64,000 nucleotides of DNA, from contig CBDASK010000003.1 in the NCBI GenBank assembly GCA_965199495.1, positions 4,448,001-4,512,000 of the forward strand. The letters run 5' to 3'. This DNA comes from Abditibacterium sp. (GTDB lineage: Bacteria; Armatimonadota; Abditibacteriia; Abditibacteriales; Abditibacteriaceae). The translations under genes and the position numbers were made by a program. This document shows, one piece after another, positions 39,075-49,335 of the stretch. The number at the start of each line of letters is the position of its first letter. Positions within the stretch are counted from its first letter, which is position 1. Below the pieces are notes generated by a model that was not told the origin of the DNA, did no database searches, and saw only the letters and a list, made by a program, of their open reading frames with translations.

Positions 39075-40793
39075 TCATTTCGCTAACGAAATGCCCGCGA
39101 TTTTGACGTTGGGATTGTTCGGCAAAGTCAGGCTTTGCACCGTCTTATTCGCGTCGAGCGCGAAACCATAGGAATACATCGAGAACGAGCGCGGGTCATT
39201 CGTGCCGTCCATCATGACGCGGCCTTCGGTTTTGATGGCGCGGGTTTCGCCGGGAAAGCTCTGTGGCGCATACCAATCGCTGAAGTTTTGCACCAGAGTT
39301 TGTTTGGTGCCATCGGCGTAATTCACCACGAATTCCTGCGCGCGTTGACCGCCTTCGACTGCGGCGCCCAGCATCCACAACGACGCATATTTGCCCGATG
39401 GCAAATTCACCGTCGCGCCGTTGGCCGTCACGATGTTGTTGACGCCGGGCGTGCCCAGCTTGAAATTCACGTTTTTGGAGGTGACCATCGCGCCGACATC
39501 CTGGGACGAAAACGCCGCGCCGCCGCCATCAAAGCCTTTATCGGCGCCAAATACGGAGCCAGCTTTCACGAAACCCAAAGCATTGAAAGTTTTGGACAGA
39601 TCAACTGCTACGCTCGAATTGGGCGCGACAACTGGCAACTCGCGCGGTCTGTCGGCCAGAGCCACCGGTGGCGTAATCACACCTTTGGGATCGGCTTTAT
39701 AGGCGGCCAAAAACTCCTGCCACAGCGTCGGCGCATCTTTGCCGGTATATTCTTTCCATTTTTCCGGCGTATAGCGGCCAAAGCGCGTGTCGGCATTGAG
39801 CTTGGTGACCAAACGCGAATCGTAGTGCAATTCGCACCACGCCAGAAATGCGCCGGTCGTGCGATACGAATCGTTGTAGTTGGACTTGTCCGTGATATTG
39901 TAGGTAAAATTCTGCGGCTCGAACTTGACCCAGCGCAGATAATCGGCGGTGCCCTCGATGAGCCAGACCGGATTGTAGGCGCTCATCGCCTGGACGACGT
40001 GCGCGACTTCGTGAACCGTCAGGCCGGTGTCATCGGGATGCGCGCCCGCCCACGCAGTGTTAACCGTCATCTCGCCGCCGCCGGTGGCTGCTACGCCCGT
40101 CACGTTGGGGCCGGTACGATAAAAAATGTTGACCTTGTTGGGCGTGATGAAATTATCGGTGTAAAGCACCGCTTCCATTTCGGGCCAGAACTCCATCATC
40201 TGCTTGTCGGCTTTGGCGGCCCAGACTTTGAGGTTGGCGGGCACTTCGTTGCCCTCGAAGGGACGACCGGCGCCCCATTGAACGTGCGAAATTTTGGTTG
40301 GAGAATCAAGAGTAATTTCGCGAATTATCAACGACGCCAAGCCGGTGCCCGCGTTGATTTTGATGCGCAACGCCATAATCGCCTGATTGTTCAAGTTGCC
40401 CGTCGCCACGCCTTTACTATCGAAAGTCGCGGCGCGTTTGTAGGTTTTGCCATCGGTCGAAACTTCGACATAACCTTTGGTCAGCAAGTTGTCACCGTCG
40501 GCGTTGCCAGTTGTAATGGTCATCGAACGCACGGGCAGAGGCCGCGAAAACAGAACGGTGAAATCGTCGCCATCGCCCATGCCATAAACCGTTTTGTAGT
40601 AGGAATTTTGATCGCCATCCATCGCCAGTTCGGCGCGGTTAGCGCGCATCGAGGGCATCGTGGAATAGAGCGTTGCCTCGGTTTCGGGGGGCGCAGCCAT
40701 TGGCATTGCCACCGGTGCGGGTGCGAGCGCGTTTTGCGCGTGGCAACTCGAAGTCAGTCCGGCCAGAGCAGCGAGAAAAAGGATTTGTTTCAT
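39075..40793 (-). CDS. Probable lipoprotein: F5/8-like domain, BSP-family HEXXH metallopeptidase and C-terminal beta-rich module
   Basis: LTSSC lipobox-like motif; TVHEVAHVVQ and WLIEGTADYLR. Confidence 0.75.
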   Translation of the reverse strand: MKQILFLAALAGLTSSCHAQNALAPAPVAMPMAAPPETEATLYSTMPSMRANRAELAMDGDQNSYYKTVYGMGDGDDFTVLFSRPLPVRSMTITTGNADGDNLLTKGYVEVSTDGKTYKRAATFDSKGVATGNLNNQAIMALRIKINAGTGLASLIIREITLDSPTKISHVQWGAGRPFEGNEVPANLKVWAAKADKQMMEFWPEMEAVLYTDNFITPNKVNIFYRTGPNVTGVAATGGGEMTVNTAWAGAHPDDTGLTVHEVAHVVQAMSAYNPVWLIEGTADYLRWVKFEPQNFTYNITDKSNYNDSYRTTGAFLAWCELHYDSRLVTKLNADTRFGRYTPEKWKEYTGKDAPTLWQEFLAAYKADPKGVITPPVALADRPRELPVVAPNSSVAVDLSKTFNALGFVKAGSVFGADKGFDGGGAAFSSQDVGAMVTSKNVNFKLGTPGVNNIVTANGATVNLPSGKYASLWMLGAAVEGGQRAQEFVVNYADGTKQTLVQNFSDWYAPQSFPGETRAIKTEGRVMMDGTNDPRSFSMYSYGFALDANKTVQSLTLPNNPNVKIAGISLAK

Positions 40794-41030
40794 GGGAGGG
40801 TTATCAAATTAAAATGCCCGCTTTGGTATAGCTAAAAAATCGGGCTTTCACAATACCAATATCAATTCGTAAGACAACTCTTCTGTGTTTCAGATTCACA
40901 TAAATTTCAAATTTTCGCCGCATTGTTCCGCATTCCGTCTGCGCGCTATAAACTTATCGTGACGGATTTCTTCGGGCCAATTCGCGCAACCAGAACAGAA
41001 AAAATCGTTCAAAAATCCGTCTAATTTAAG

Positions 41031-41040
41031 ATACCGGTAT
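41031..41040. promoter_or_regulatory. ATACCGGTAT operator upstream of the GH76 operon
   Basis: Fifth intergenic copy of the palindrome, 27 bp before the ATG. Confidence 0.7.
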
Positions 41041-41067
41041 TGATTATCGGTTAAACTTTCATTAATC

Positions 41068-42786
41068 ATGCAATACCAAAACTCTTCTCTGTTAGCAAAG
41101 TGCAGCCACGTCGTCGTTGGCATGACGATAGTGGCGGGCGGAGCTTTGCTCGCTCCGACGCCCGCGCACGCCAACTACGAACAAAAGGCGCTCGAAACGA
41201 CCGATTACATTCAGCGCGCGTTCTACGATCCCACTGCCAAGCTCTATCGCCCGACGGCGCCGATGAAACCCGATGGCTTGCCCTATGAAGTGATGTGGGG
41301 CAACGGTTTGGAACATTCGGTTTTGACTTTCGCGACCAAATACGATCCGCAGAAATACAAGCCGGTGCTTTACGATTTCAGCCAAAGTTTGCGACGATAC
41401 TGGGACAAAGACGCGCCGATTCCCGGATTTGACGCTTATTTCTCCTCGCCGACCGACGACGATAAATACTATGACGACAACGCGTGGCTGGTGTTGAGTT
41501 TCGTCGAGGCTTATGACGTGACCAAAGACAAGCAGTTTTTGACTTGGGCCGAGCAGACACAAAATTTCGTGTTGAGCGGCTACGACGACAAACTGGGCGG
41601 CGGACTTTATTGGCACCAGCAGAAAAAAGACGGAAAAAATACCTGCGTCTCTGCTCCGGCGGCGGCGGCGGCGCTCGATTTGTATCGCGTGACCGGCGAC
41701 AAAACCGATTTGAATCAGGCCACGCAGCTTTATAACTGGACGTGCAACAAGTTGCAGGACACCGATGGTTTGTTCTTCGACAACATCAATCTCAACGGCG
41801 AAATCGGCAAAGCCAAATTCACCTACAACACGGCTTTGATGCTGCGCAACAACGTCGAATTGTATAAAGTGACCAAAGACCAAAAGTATCTGAAGGAGGC
41901 GCGCCGCGTGGCCGATGCTTCGCTGGATTACTGGACGGGCACGCAGGGCAAATTTGGCGACGATCCCAAATTCAACAACTGGCTGTGCGATGCGCTGTTA
42001 GCGACCTACCGAGTCACTGACGATGTGAAATATCTCAACGCCGTGCGCCGTCACGCCGATTACGGTTATCGCAATGGCCGCGATGCCAGCGATGGCGGCT
42101 ACTGGAATAACTGGAGCGCCACCAGCCACGCGCCCGACGAGCGCAAAACCGTGATAGAAAACGCTTCTGCCGCGCGCATCTTCTGGCTTTTGGCGCCCTA
42201 CGACGATTTGGACGAATTGCGCGTCAAAGTTTCGACGGCACTCAAACAAGGCGATCTCAAAAGCGCGACGAATTATTATCAGCAACTCATCGCCTCCGAT
42301 TCGAGCGTGATGCCACGCACCATCCCCGTCGTGCCAGTCTCGGTTCCGGCGCCTCAGACTTGGAAAATGACGTTTGCCGCGCCACCGCAAAATTGGATGC
42401 AACCCGGCTTCAGCGATGCCAACTGGCAGAGCGCACTCGGCGCGTTCGGCGGCAAAATGGAGGGCGGCCCGCAGATCACATCCAACTGGGAGGGCAGCGA
42501 CATTTGGTTGCGTCGCACCTTCAATCCGGGCAATCTGAGCGCGGAAGAGTTGAAACAATTGGTGTTGCGCCAATATCACGACGACGGCATCGAGATTTAT
42601 ATCAACGGCGTGCTGGCCTATGAAAACGCGGGCGCGACGCACGAATATAATAACGTTCCCATGTCGGATGCGGCCAGAGCCGCGATTAAGCCGGGCGCCA
42701 ATAACCTGCTGGCCGTTCACTGCCACGACGGCGGCGGCGACAAACATATGGATGTCGGCATTTACCGTTTGATTCCGATGCAGTAA
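41068..42786 (+). CDS. GH76 (endo-alpha-1,6-mannanase-like) with C-terminal sugar-binding domain
   Basis: YYDDNAW catalytic motif, GGGLYW, KNTC, FTYN. Confidence 0.9.
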   Translation: MQYQNSSLLAKCSHVVVGMTIVAGGALLAPTPAHANYEQKALETTDYIQRAFYDPTAKLYRPTAPMKPDGLPYEVMWGNGLEHSVLTFATKYDPQKYKPVLYDFSQSLRRYWDKDAPIPGFDAYFSSPTDDDKYYDDNAWLVLSFVEAYDVTKDKQFLTWAEQTQNFVLSGYDDKLGGGLYWHQQKKDGKNTCVSAPAAAAALDLYRVTGDKTDLNQATQLYNWTCNKLQDTDGLFFDNINLNGEIGKAKFTYNTALMLRNNVELYKVTKDQKYLKEARRVADASLDYWTGTQGKFGDDPKFNNWLCDALLATYRVTDDVKYLNAVRRHADYGYRNGRDASDGGYWNNWSATSHAPDERKTVIENASAARIFWLLAPYDDLDELRVKVSTALKQGDLKSATNYYQQLIASDSSVMPRTIPVVPVSVPAPQTWKMTFAAPPQNWMQPGFSDANWQSALGAFGGKMEGGPQITSNWEGSDIWLRRTFNPGNLSAEELKQLVLRQYHDDGIEIYINGVLAYENAGATHEYNNVPMSDAARAAIKPGANNLLAVHCHDGGGDKHMDVGIYRLIPMQ

Positions 42787-42860
42787 GTTGATAGTCAATT
42801 TAGTTCCCCATGTGCCTTGCGAGTCAATTCCGATTCGCAGGGCACGTTCATATTTTTCGC

Positions 42861-45131
42861 ATGAAATTCTTAGTTCCCCTCGCTGGCGTTCTCGCCCTCT
42901 CTTTTGTCTCCACAACCGCGAATTCCGCTTTCGCACAGACCAACTGGAAACCCGCCAATGGCCCGCTCATGACGCGCTGGGCCAAAGATGTTTCGCCGAC
43001 CAACGCCCTACCCGAATATCCGCGCCCACAGTTGGCACGCAAAAACTGGCAGAACCTCAATGGTTTGTGGCAATACCAACCCGGTGCCGAAGGCGACGCG
43101 GTGCCATCGGGCCAGAAATTGTCCAGTCAAATCATGGTGCCGTTTCCCGTCGAATCGGCGCTGTCGGGCGTCATGGAACATCACGACCGATTGTGGTATC
43201 GGCGCGATTTCACTGTTCCGCCCGCGTGGAATGGTCAGCGCATTAAATTGAATTTCGGCGCGGTGGATTACGAAGCCGAGGTTTATGTCAACGGCGAAAG
43301 CGTCGCTATCCATCGCGGTGGCTACGAGCCGTTCTCGCTCGATATTACGGATTATTTGAAAGGTAATGGCCCGCAGGAACTGATCGTGCGCGTCTTCGAT
43401 GCGACCGACAAAGCCGGAGAACCGCGCGGCAAGCAGACGCTCAATCCCGGCGGCATCATGTATACGCCAACGACCGGCATCTGGCAGACCGTCTGGCTCG
43501 AACCCGTCGCGCGCACCTCGATTGAAGGTATTCATATGGTGCCCGATATTGATAAGGGCATCCTGAAATTTACCGCGACGGTAGATTCGGCGACGCCAGC
43601 GACTTTGGTGACGGTTCAAATCAAAGACCAAGGCAAACTGCTGCGCACGATTTTGGTGAAGCCCGGCGTCGAAGTTTCGATTCCGATGCCCAAAGCGATT
43701 TTGTGGTCGCCCGAACATCCGTTTCTCTACGACATTGACGTGACATTGCGCAACGGCAAGCAGACCGTTGATCAGGTTTCGAGCTATTTCGGAATGCGCA
43801 AAATTTCGCTGGGCAAAGTCAACGGCATCACGCGTATCATGCTGAATAATGCGCCGGTGTTTAATATGGGGCCGCTCGATCAGGGTTTTTGGCCCGATGG
43901 ACTTTACACCGCGCCGACCGATGACGCGCTGAAATACGATATTGCGGCCGAGAAGTTGATGGGCTTTAACATGGTGCGCAAGCACATCAAAGTCGAGCCA
44001 GCGCGCTGGTATTACTGGGCCGACAAATTGGGCATCATGGTGTGGCAGGATATGCCTTCGCCCAACTCCTATTTGGGCAACGCGCCGCCGGTTGATAAAG
44101 CCGCCTTCGAGAAGCAGATCGAGAAAGTCATAGAGGCGCACTGGAATTCGCCCGCGATTATTTCGTGGGTCATGATCAACGAAGGTCAGGGCGCCTACGA
44201 CGAGCCGAAGTTTGTTGCAATCGCCCGCAAAACCGACGATTCGCGTTTGATTAACCGGCATAGCGGCGGCGGCAATGACGGCCCGCCCAAAGGCGAAGTC
44301 GGCGATATTGACGACGTTCACGTTTATCCGGCGCCCGGCGCGCCCAATCCCAGCCCGAATCAGGCGATTGTCTGCGGCGAATATGGCGGCATCGGTTTCC
44401 CGATCAAAGGCCATATGTGGAAGAACGAAAACTGGGGTTATACCAAAGTTTCGACGCCCAAAGAGATGGAAGAGCAATACGGCGAATATACGGGAATGCT
44501 CAAGCAAATGATGGACGAAAAAGGGTTGAGCGGCGCGGTTTATACGCAGACAACCGATGTCGAAGTCGAAACCAACGGTTTGATGACCTACGACCGCATC
44601 TTCAAATGCGATCCGGCGCAAATTGCGCTCGCCAACCGTTTTGGCTATCCGCAACCGACGTATCTGCCGATTGCGGCGGCTTCGATTCCCCAGCCGCAAA
44701 CTTGGAAGACGACAACAGATGCGCCGCCCGATAGTTGGAACCAGCCGAACTTTGACGACAGCAATTGGCAAAGCGCACCCGGCGCGTTCGGCGGCAAAAT
44801 GGAAGGCGGCCCCAAGATTAACAGCCCGTGGAATTCCAGCGATATTTGGCTGCGTCGCACGTTCCAAGTCGGCAATCTGAGCGCGGCGGAAATTGATCAA
44901 TTGGTATTGCACCAATATCACGACGATGGCGTCGAGATTTATATCAACGGCGTTTTGGCCTACAAGGACGGCGGCGCAACCCACGATTATACCAACGTGC
45001 AAATCTCGCCGGAAGCCAAAGCCGCGATTAAGCCGGGCGCAACGAACGTTTTGGCGGTTCACTGCCACGATAACGCTGGCGACCGGCACGTTGATGTCGG
45101 TCTCTATCGTCGCATTCCGCCAACGAAGTAA
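42861..45131 (+). CDS. GH2 glycosidase (possibly beta-galactofuranosidase-like) with C-terminal sugar-binding domain
   Basis: PEYPRPQL...NLNGLW, VPFPVESALSG, LDQGFWPDG, RKHIKVEP, INEG, GEYGG. Confidence 0.85.
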   Translation: MKFLVPLAGVLALSFVSTTANSAFAQTNWKPANGPLMTRWAKDVSPTNALPEYPRPQLARKNWQNLNGLWQYQPGAEGDAVPSGQKLSSQIMVPFPVESALSGVMEHHDRLWYRRDFTVPPAWNGQRIKLNFGAVDYEAEVYVNGESVAIHRGGYEPFSLDITDYLKGNGPQELIVRVFDATDKAGEPRGKQTLNPGGIMYTPTTGIWQTVWLEPVARTSIEGIHMVPDIDKGILKFTATVDSATPATLVTVQIKDQGKLLRTILVKPGVEVSIPMPKAILWSPEHPFLYDIDVTLRNGKQTVDQVSSYFGMRKISLGKVNGITRIMLNNAPVFNMGPLDQGFWPDGLYTAPTDDALKYDIAAEKLMGFNMVRKHIKVEPARWYYWADKLGIMVWQDMPSPNSYLGNAPPVDKAAFEKQIEKVIEAHWNSPAIISWVMINEGQGAYDEPKFVAIARKTDDSRLINRHSGGGNDGPPKGEVGDIDDVHVYPAPGAPNPSPNQAIVCGEYGGIGFPIKGHMWKNENWGYTKVSTPKEMEEQYGEYTGMLKQMMDEKGLSGAVYTQTTDVEVETNGLMTYDRIFKCDPAQIALANRFGYPQPTYLPIAAASIPQPQTWKTTTDAPPDSWNQPNFDDSNWQSAPGAFGGKMEGGPKINSPWNSSDIWLRRTFQVGNLSAAEIDQLVLHQYHDDGVEIYINGVLAYKDGGATHDYTNVQISPEAKAAIKPGATNVLAVHCHDNAGDRHVDVGLYRRIPPTK

Positions 45132-45135
45132 CGTC

Positions 45136-45262
45136 AAAGTCTGAATGCCCCGGAGAGACACTGATTTATCGTGTCTAAAACGTCGAACTGGCTTCAAATT
45201 TAGTAAGCCCATTACCGTTTTAGACACGATAAATCAGTGTCTCTCCGGGGCATTCAGACTTT
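45136..45262. repeat. GTAG-type REP doublet (GGAG variant) with perfect 47-bp arms
   Basis: 45136-45182 / 45216-45262. Confidence 0.95.
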
Positions 45263-45297
45263 AACCACTCATAAAATATCGCTATCCTCAAACACCA

Positions 45298-47364
45298 ATG
45301 GCCCAATCGCTCCATGTCCCCTCTGGCGAAGTCGTTGATTCGCCCACGCCAACAGCAGCCACGGCGCGCGCTGGAGGCGTGACGTTTCGCGTGGTCGTTC
45401 TCTGTTTGCTGCTGGCCTTCGCCTTCGGCTATTTACTGCCGGTCATTGATTACAAGCTCTACAACACGTTTTTGGGCGCGACGCACTTGCCGCCCGGCGC
45501 GGTCGGCGTGTTGATGATTTTGTTATTGGTCATCAATCCGTTGTTGAAGTTGCTCTCGAAAAATTGGGCATTTTCGCGCGAAGAATCGCTGACGGTTTAT
45601 ATTTCGTGCCTGTTTTCCAGCTTGGTGCCCGGACACGGCGCCGAAACTTTGATCGTTCCGTCGCTGGTCACGCCGTTTTACTACGCGACGCGCGAGAACA
45701 AATGGCTCGACTGGCTGCAACCCTATCTCAAACCGTGGCTGACTCCGGCGCTCAATCCCGATCATAGCTACAACGCGGCGGTCGCGAACGGTTGGTTCAA
45801 CGGCTTGCAACCGGGCGTAGCCATTCCGTGGGGGGCGTGGCTGATACCGCTCGCCGTGTGGATGAGCATGGTTTTGGTTTCGTATGGCATGATGGCGTGC
45901 CTGAGCGTGATACTGCGCCGCCAGTGGGCGGGCAACGAAGCGCTCGCATTTCCGCTTTTGCGTTTGCCGCTCGAAATGGTCGAGCAATCCACGACTTCGG
46001 TTCGTGGCAACGACGGCGTTTCGTTCTGGCGCAACAACTTGATGTGGTGCGGTTTCGGCCTCGTCTTTTTCATCCAAACGATTCGCGGCTTGCACACCTA
46101 TTTCCCCGATGTCCCCGATTTTCCGCTCGATCTCAATTTGAATCCGTATCTGAGCGAACCGCCGTGGAATCAGATGGACGGCATTTACGTGCAGATTTTT
46201 CCCATCGCCATCGGCATTACTTATCTTTTGTCGTCGGAAGTAGCTTTGTCGCTGTGGACGGGTTATTGGTTCATCAAGCTGCAATATATCGTCGCTTATT
46301 ATTGCGGCTATCGCGTTTCGGGCTTGCCGTCGTCGGGCTTTTCCTATGGCAAGGCGTTCGCGTTTTTTCAGGTTCAGGGCGCCTACTGGATGTATGTCGG
46401 ATTGCTGATGTGGACGGCGCGCCATCATCTGCGCGCTGTCTTCTTGCGCGCCATCGGACGCACGCCAGCCGATGCCGAAGAACACACCGAGATGATGAGT
46501 TATCCGTTCGCGTTCTGGGGTTTCGTGACGTGCTTTGCGATTCTCACCGGTTTCGCGGTTTTGGCGGGCGTGCGCCTCGACATCGCCTTGACTTTATGGA
46601 TTTGCTATCTGGCGTTCGCCATCGCTCTGACGCGCGTGGCTGTCGAAGGCGGTTTGCTGATGCTGCTCCATGATTCCGCGCCGATTGGCGCTCTGGCGCG
46701 CCTGCTGCCGGGCGGCGGAGCGGGCTGGCTGTCGCTGAAAAACGGATTGATGCCCGCCGCGCTGATTCAGGACGGTTTTATTATCCATATGCGCGGTTTT
46801 ATCACGCCGTCGTTTTTGCACGCATTTAAACTGGCGCACGATCAAAAAATCGCGCCGCGCCGTTTGGGCGGCTTGCTGACGGGCGTGATTTTCATCTCGG
46901 TCGTGGTTTCATGGATAACCTGCGTTCATTTGGGCTACGACAATGGTGGACTGACTTTAGCCAACACCGGGTGGTCGAAGGTGCTGTCGAACAAGTCCAT
47001 CGAATTCGTGACGACGATGACGAACGATCCCAAAACGTCGTCTTCGTTCAACATTTTCTGGTTTAGCTTCGGCTCGCTCATCACCTTTGGCATGATGTTC
47101 GCGCGCGCGCGTTTGAGCTGGTTTCCGTTCCATCCGGCGGGCTATCTGATGAGCCTGACGTGGCCGGGCGCGGCGCTGTGGTCTTCGATTTTTATCGGTT
47201 GGATCGTTAAATCCATTATCATGCGCTACGGCGGCCCCGATACGTATCGTCGCGCGACGCCGTTTTTTCTGGGCTTAGCTCTGGGCGATGTCGCCAGTGT
47301 TTTACTGTGGCTCGCCATTGACGGCTGGCAAGGACATACACTTCATATGTTGATGCCCGATTAA
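45298..47364 (+). CDS. Polytopic membrane protein, DUF6785/DUF6784 (OPT-like putative transporter)
   Basis: Many TM segments; LRRQW..E.LAFPL, WFPFHPAGY, RYGG...YRR..PFFLGL. Confidence 0.7.
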   Translation: MAQSLHVPSGEVVDSPTPTAATARAGGVTFRVVVLCLLLAFAFGYLLPVIDYKLYNTFLGATHLPPGAVGVLMILLLVINPLLKLLSKNWAFSREESLTVYISCLFSSLVPGHGAETLIVPSLVTPFYYATRENKWLDWLQPYLKPWLTPALNPDHSYNAAVANGWFNGLQPGVAIPWGAWLIPLAVWMSMVLVSYGMMACLSVILRRQWAGNEALAFPLLRLPLEMVEQSTTSVRGNDGVSFWRNNLMWCGFGLVFFIQTIRGLHTYFPDVPDFPLDLNLNPYLSEPPWNQMDGIYVQIFPIAIGITYLLSSEVALSLWTGYWFIKLQYIVAYYCGYRVSGLPSSGFSYGKAFAFFQVQGAYWMYVGLLMWTARHHLRAVFLRAIGRTPADAEEHTEMMSYPFAFWGFVTCFAILTGFAVLAGVRLDIALTLWICYLAFAIALTRVAVEGGLLMLLHDSAPIGALARLLPGGGAGWLSLKNGLMPAALIQDGFIIHMRGFITPSFLHAFKLAHDQKIAPRRLGGLLTGVIFISVVVSWITCVHLGYDNGGLTLANTGWSKVLSNKSIEFVTTMTNDPKTSSSFNIFWFSFGSLITFGMMFARARLSWFPFHPAGYLMSLTWPGAALWSSIFIGWIVKSIIMRYGGPDTYRRATPFFLGLALGDVASVLLWLAIDGWQGHTLHMLMPD

Positions 47365-47402
47365 ATTCAGTTCTCTCCACTCAATTTCGACAAAATCTTC
47401 CA

Positions 47403-48848
47403 ATGAAACCTCTCGCCTTACTCTGCGGTTGCGCCGCCGTGGCTGCTTGCACCCGCACCATCAGCCACGCCGCGCCGCAAGTGGCTCCTTCACCAATGAA
47501 CTCTTCCATCTCTTTCCCGACCGTGCGCGTCGCGCCCGAAAAACGCCATTTCCAAAGTCCGGCCATCGAAGCCGCCATCAGCGAATTTCAAAACCATGTC
47601 GCCGATCCAAAATTGGGCTGGCTTTTCAATAACGCTTTCCCCAATACGCTCGATACCACCGTCACACTCGAAACCGAGAATAATCGGCCCAGCACCTACG
47701 TCATCACCGGCGACATAGACGCGATGTGGCTGCGCGACAGCAGCGCGCAGGTTTGGCCTTACCTGAAGTTCGCCAAACGCGACCCGAAACTGCAACAGCT
47801 CATCGCGGGCGTGATTAATAAGCAGACGCAATTCGTTTTGAAAGACCCTTACGCCAACGCGTTTTTCAACGATCCGACCGAAGTTTCGCAGTGGCAGAGC
47901 GACCACACCAAAATGACGCCCGGCGTTCACGAGCGCAAATGGGAAATTGATTCGTTGTGCTACCCGATTCGTCTGGCTTACAATTACTGGAAAACGACCG
48001 GCGACACCGCGCCGTTTGATGAGAATTGGAACCAGGCAATTCGCGCGACGCTGCAAACCTTTCGCGAGCAGCAACGCAAAGAGAATCGCGGGCCGTATCG
48101 CTTCCAGCGCAACACCGCTCAAGCAACCGATACCCAGCCGATGAGCGGCTACGGTTATCCGGTCAATCCTGTCGGTTTGATCAGTTCGGCGTTTCGGCCC
48201 AGCGACGACGCGACGATTTTTTCGTTTCTGGTGCCGTCCAATTTCTTCGCCGTCGTCAGCCTGCGCGAAGCCGCCGAAATGCAGGACACCTTGCCAACCG
48301 GCGATAAACAATTGGCGAACGAACTGCGGGCGCTGGCAAGCGAAGTCGAGACGGCGCTGCAAAAATATGCGATTGTCGAGCATCCCAAATACGGCAAAAT
48401 TTACGCGTTTGAAGTGGACGGTTTCGGCGGCCATTTGCTGATGGACGACGCTAATGTGCCGAGTTTGTTGTCGTTGCCCTATCTGGGCGCAGTCAAAGCC
48501 GACGACCCGATTTATCTCAACACGCGCCGTTTTGTGCTTTCGACCGACAATCCGTTCTTTTATAAGGGCACCGCCGCCGAAGGCATCGGCGGCCCACACG
48601 TCGGACAAGACATGATTTGGCCGATGGCGATCACCATGCGCGCGCTGACCAGCCACGATGACAACGAAATTCGGGCGGCGATTCAAATGCTGAAAAATAC
48701 CGATGCGGACACCGGCTTTATGCACGAAACCTTCAACAAAAACGATCCGTCCAAGTTTTCGCGCTCGTGGTTCGCGTGGGCCAACACGCTGTTTGGCGAA
48801 CTGCTGTGGAAAACCTATCAGGAAAAACCGGGGTTGCTCAAAAATTAA
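47403..48848 (+). CDS. GH125 exo-alpha-1,6-mannosidase
   Basis: FPNTLDTT, ITGDIDAMWLRDS, HERKWEIDSL, FRPSDDA, DDANVPSLL, RSWFAWAN. Confidence 0.93.
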   Translation: MKPLALLCGCAAVAACTRTISHAAPQVAPSPMNSSISFPTVRVAPEKRHFQSPAIEAAISEFQNHVADPKLGWLFNNAFPNTLDTTVTLETENNRPSTYVITGDIDAMWLRDSSAQVWPYLKFAKRDPKLQQLIAGVINKQTQFVLKDPYANAFFNDPTEVSQWQSDHTKMTPGVHERKWEIDSLCYPIRLAYNYWKTTGDTAPFDENWNQAIRATLQTFREQQRKENRGPYRFQRNTAQATDTQPMSGYGYPVNPVGLISSAFRPSDDATIFSFLVPSNFFAVVSLREAAEMQDTLPTGDKQLANELRALASEVETALQKYAIVEHPKYGKIYAFEVDGFGGHLLMDDANVPSLLSLPYLGAVKADDPIYLNTRRFVLSTDNPFFYKGTAAEGIGGPHVGQDMIWPMAITMRALTSHDDNEIRAAIQMLKNTDADTGFMHETFNKNDPSKFSRSWFAWANTLFGELLWKTYQEKPGLLKN

Positions 48849-48926
48849 GCGGAGCGACTCGCAATTCAAAGCGCAAACAGCGACAGGAGTCAGGTTTTGG
48901 CACGCCTTTGGCTTTTCCGTGGTTTC

Positions 48927-49283
48927 ATGTCCAACACCGACAAACAACAAGAAACCTTGGAAGAGTTCCGCAAAGCCGTCAACATGGCGCCCAAAGAACT
49001 GGAAGACTTTCTCAAAACCGACGAATCGAAAAAAGTCGGTTACAAAGGCGAAGATGGCGACGACGAATCGAAAGAATCGGTCGGCCACCAATCGGGCGAG
49101 CGCATCGTCGAGATTCTGCACCGCCACAAAGCCGATTATACCGACGACGATTACGATCACATGAGAAAAGTCGTCGGCTACGTTCACCGACATCTGGCGC
49201 AAAAGCCGAGCAAAGAGGAAATCGAAACTTCCAATTGGCGTTACTCTCTGATGAACTGGGGACACGACCCGTTGAAGAATTAA
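48927..49283 (+). CDS. DUF3140 family protein
   Basis: VNMAPKELEDFL, ESVGHQSG, HMRKVVGYVHRHLAQ, WRYSLMNWGHDP. Confidence 0.85.
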   Translation: MSNTDKQQETLEEFRKAVNMAPKELEDFLKTDESKKVGYKGEDGDDESKESVGHQSGERIVEILHRHKADYTDDDYDHMRKVVGYVHRHLAQKPSKEEIETSNWRYSLMNWGHDPLKN

Positions 49284-49335
49284 AAACAAAACTCCCGCTT
49301 CGATGGAACGAAGCGGGCGTTTTGGTTTGTAGCGA

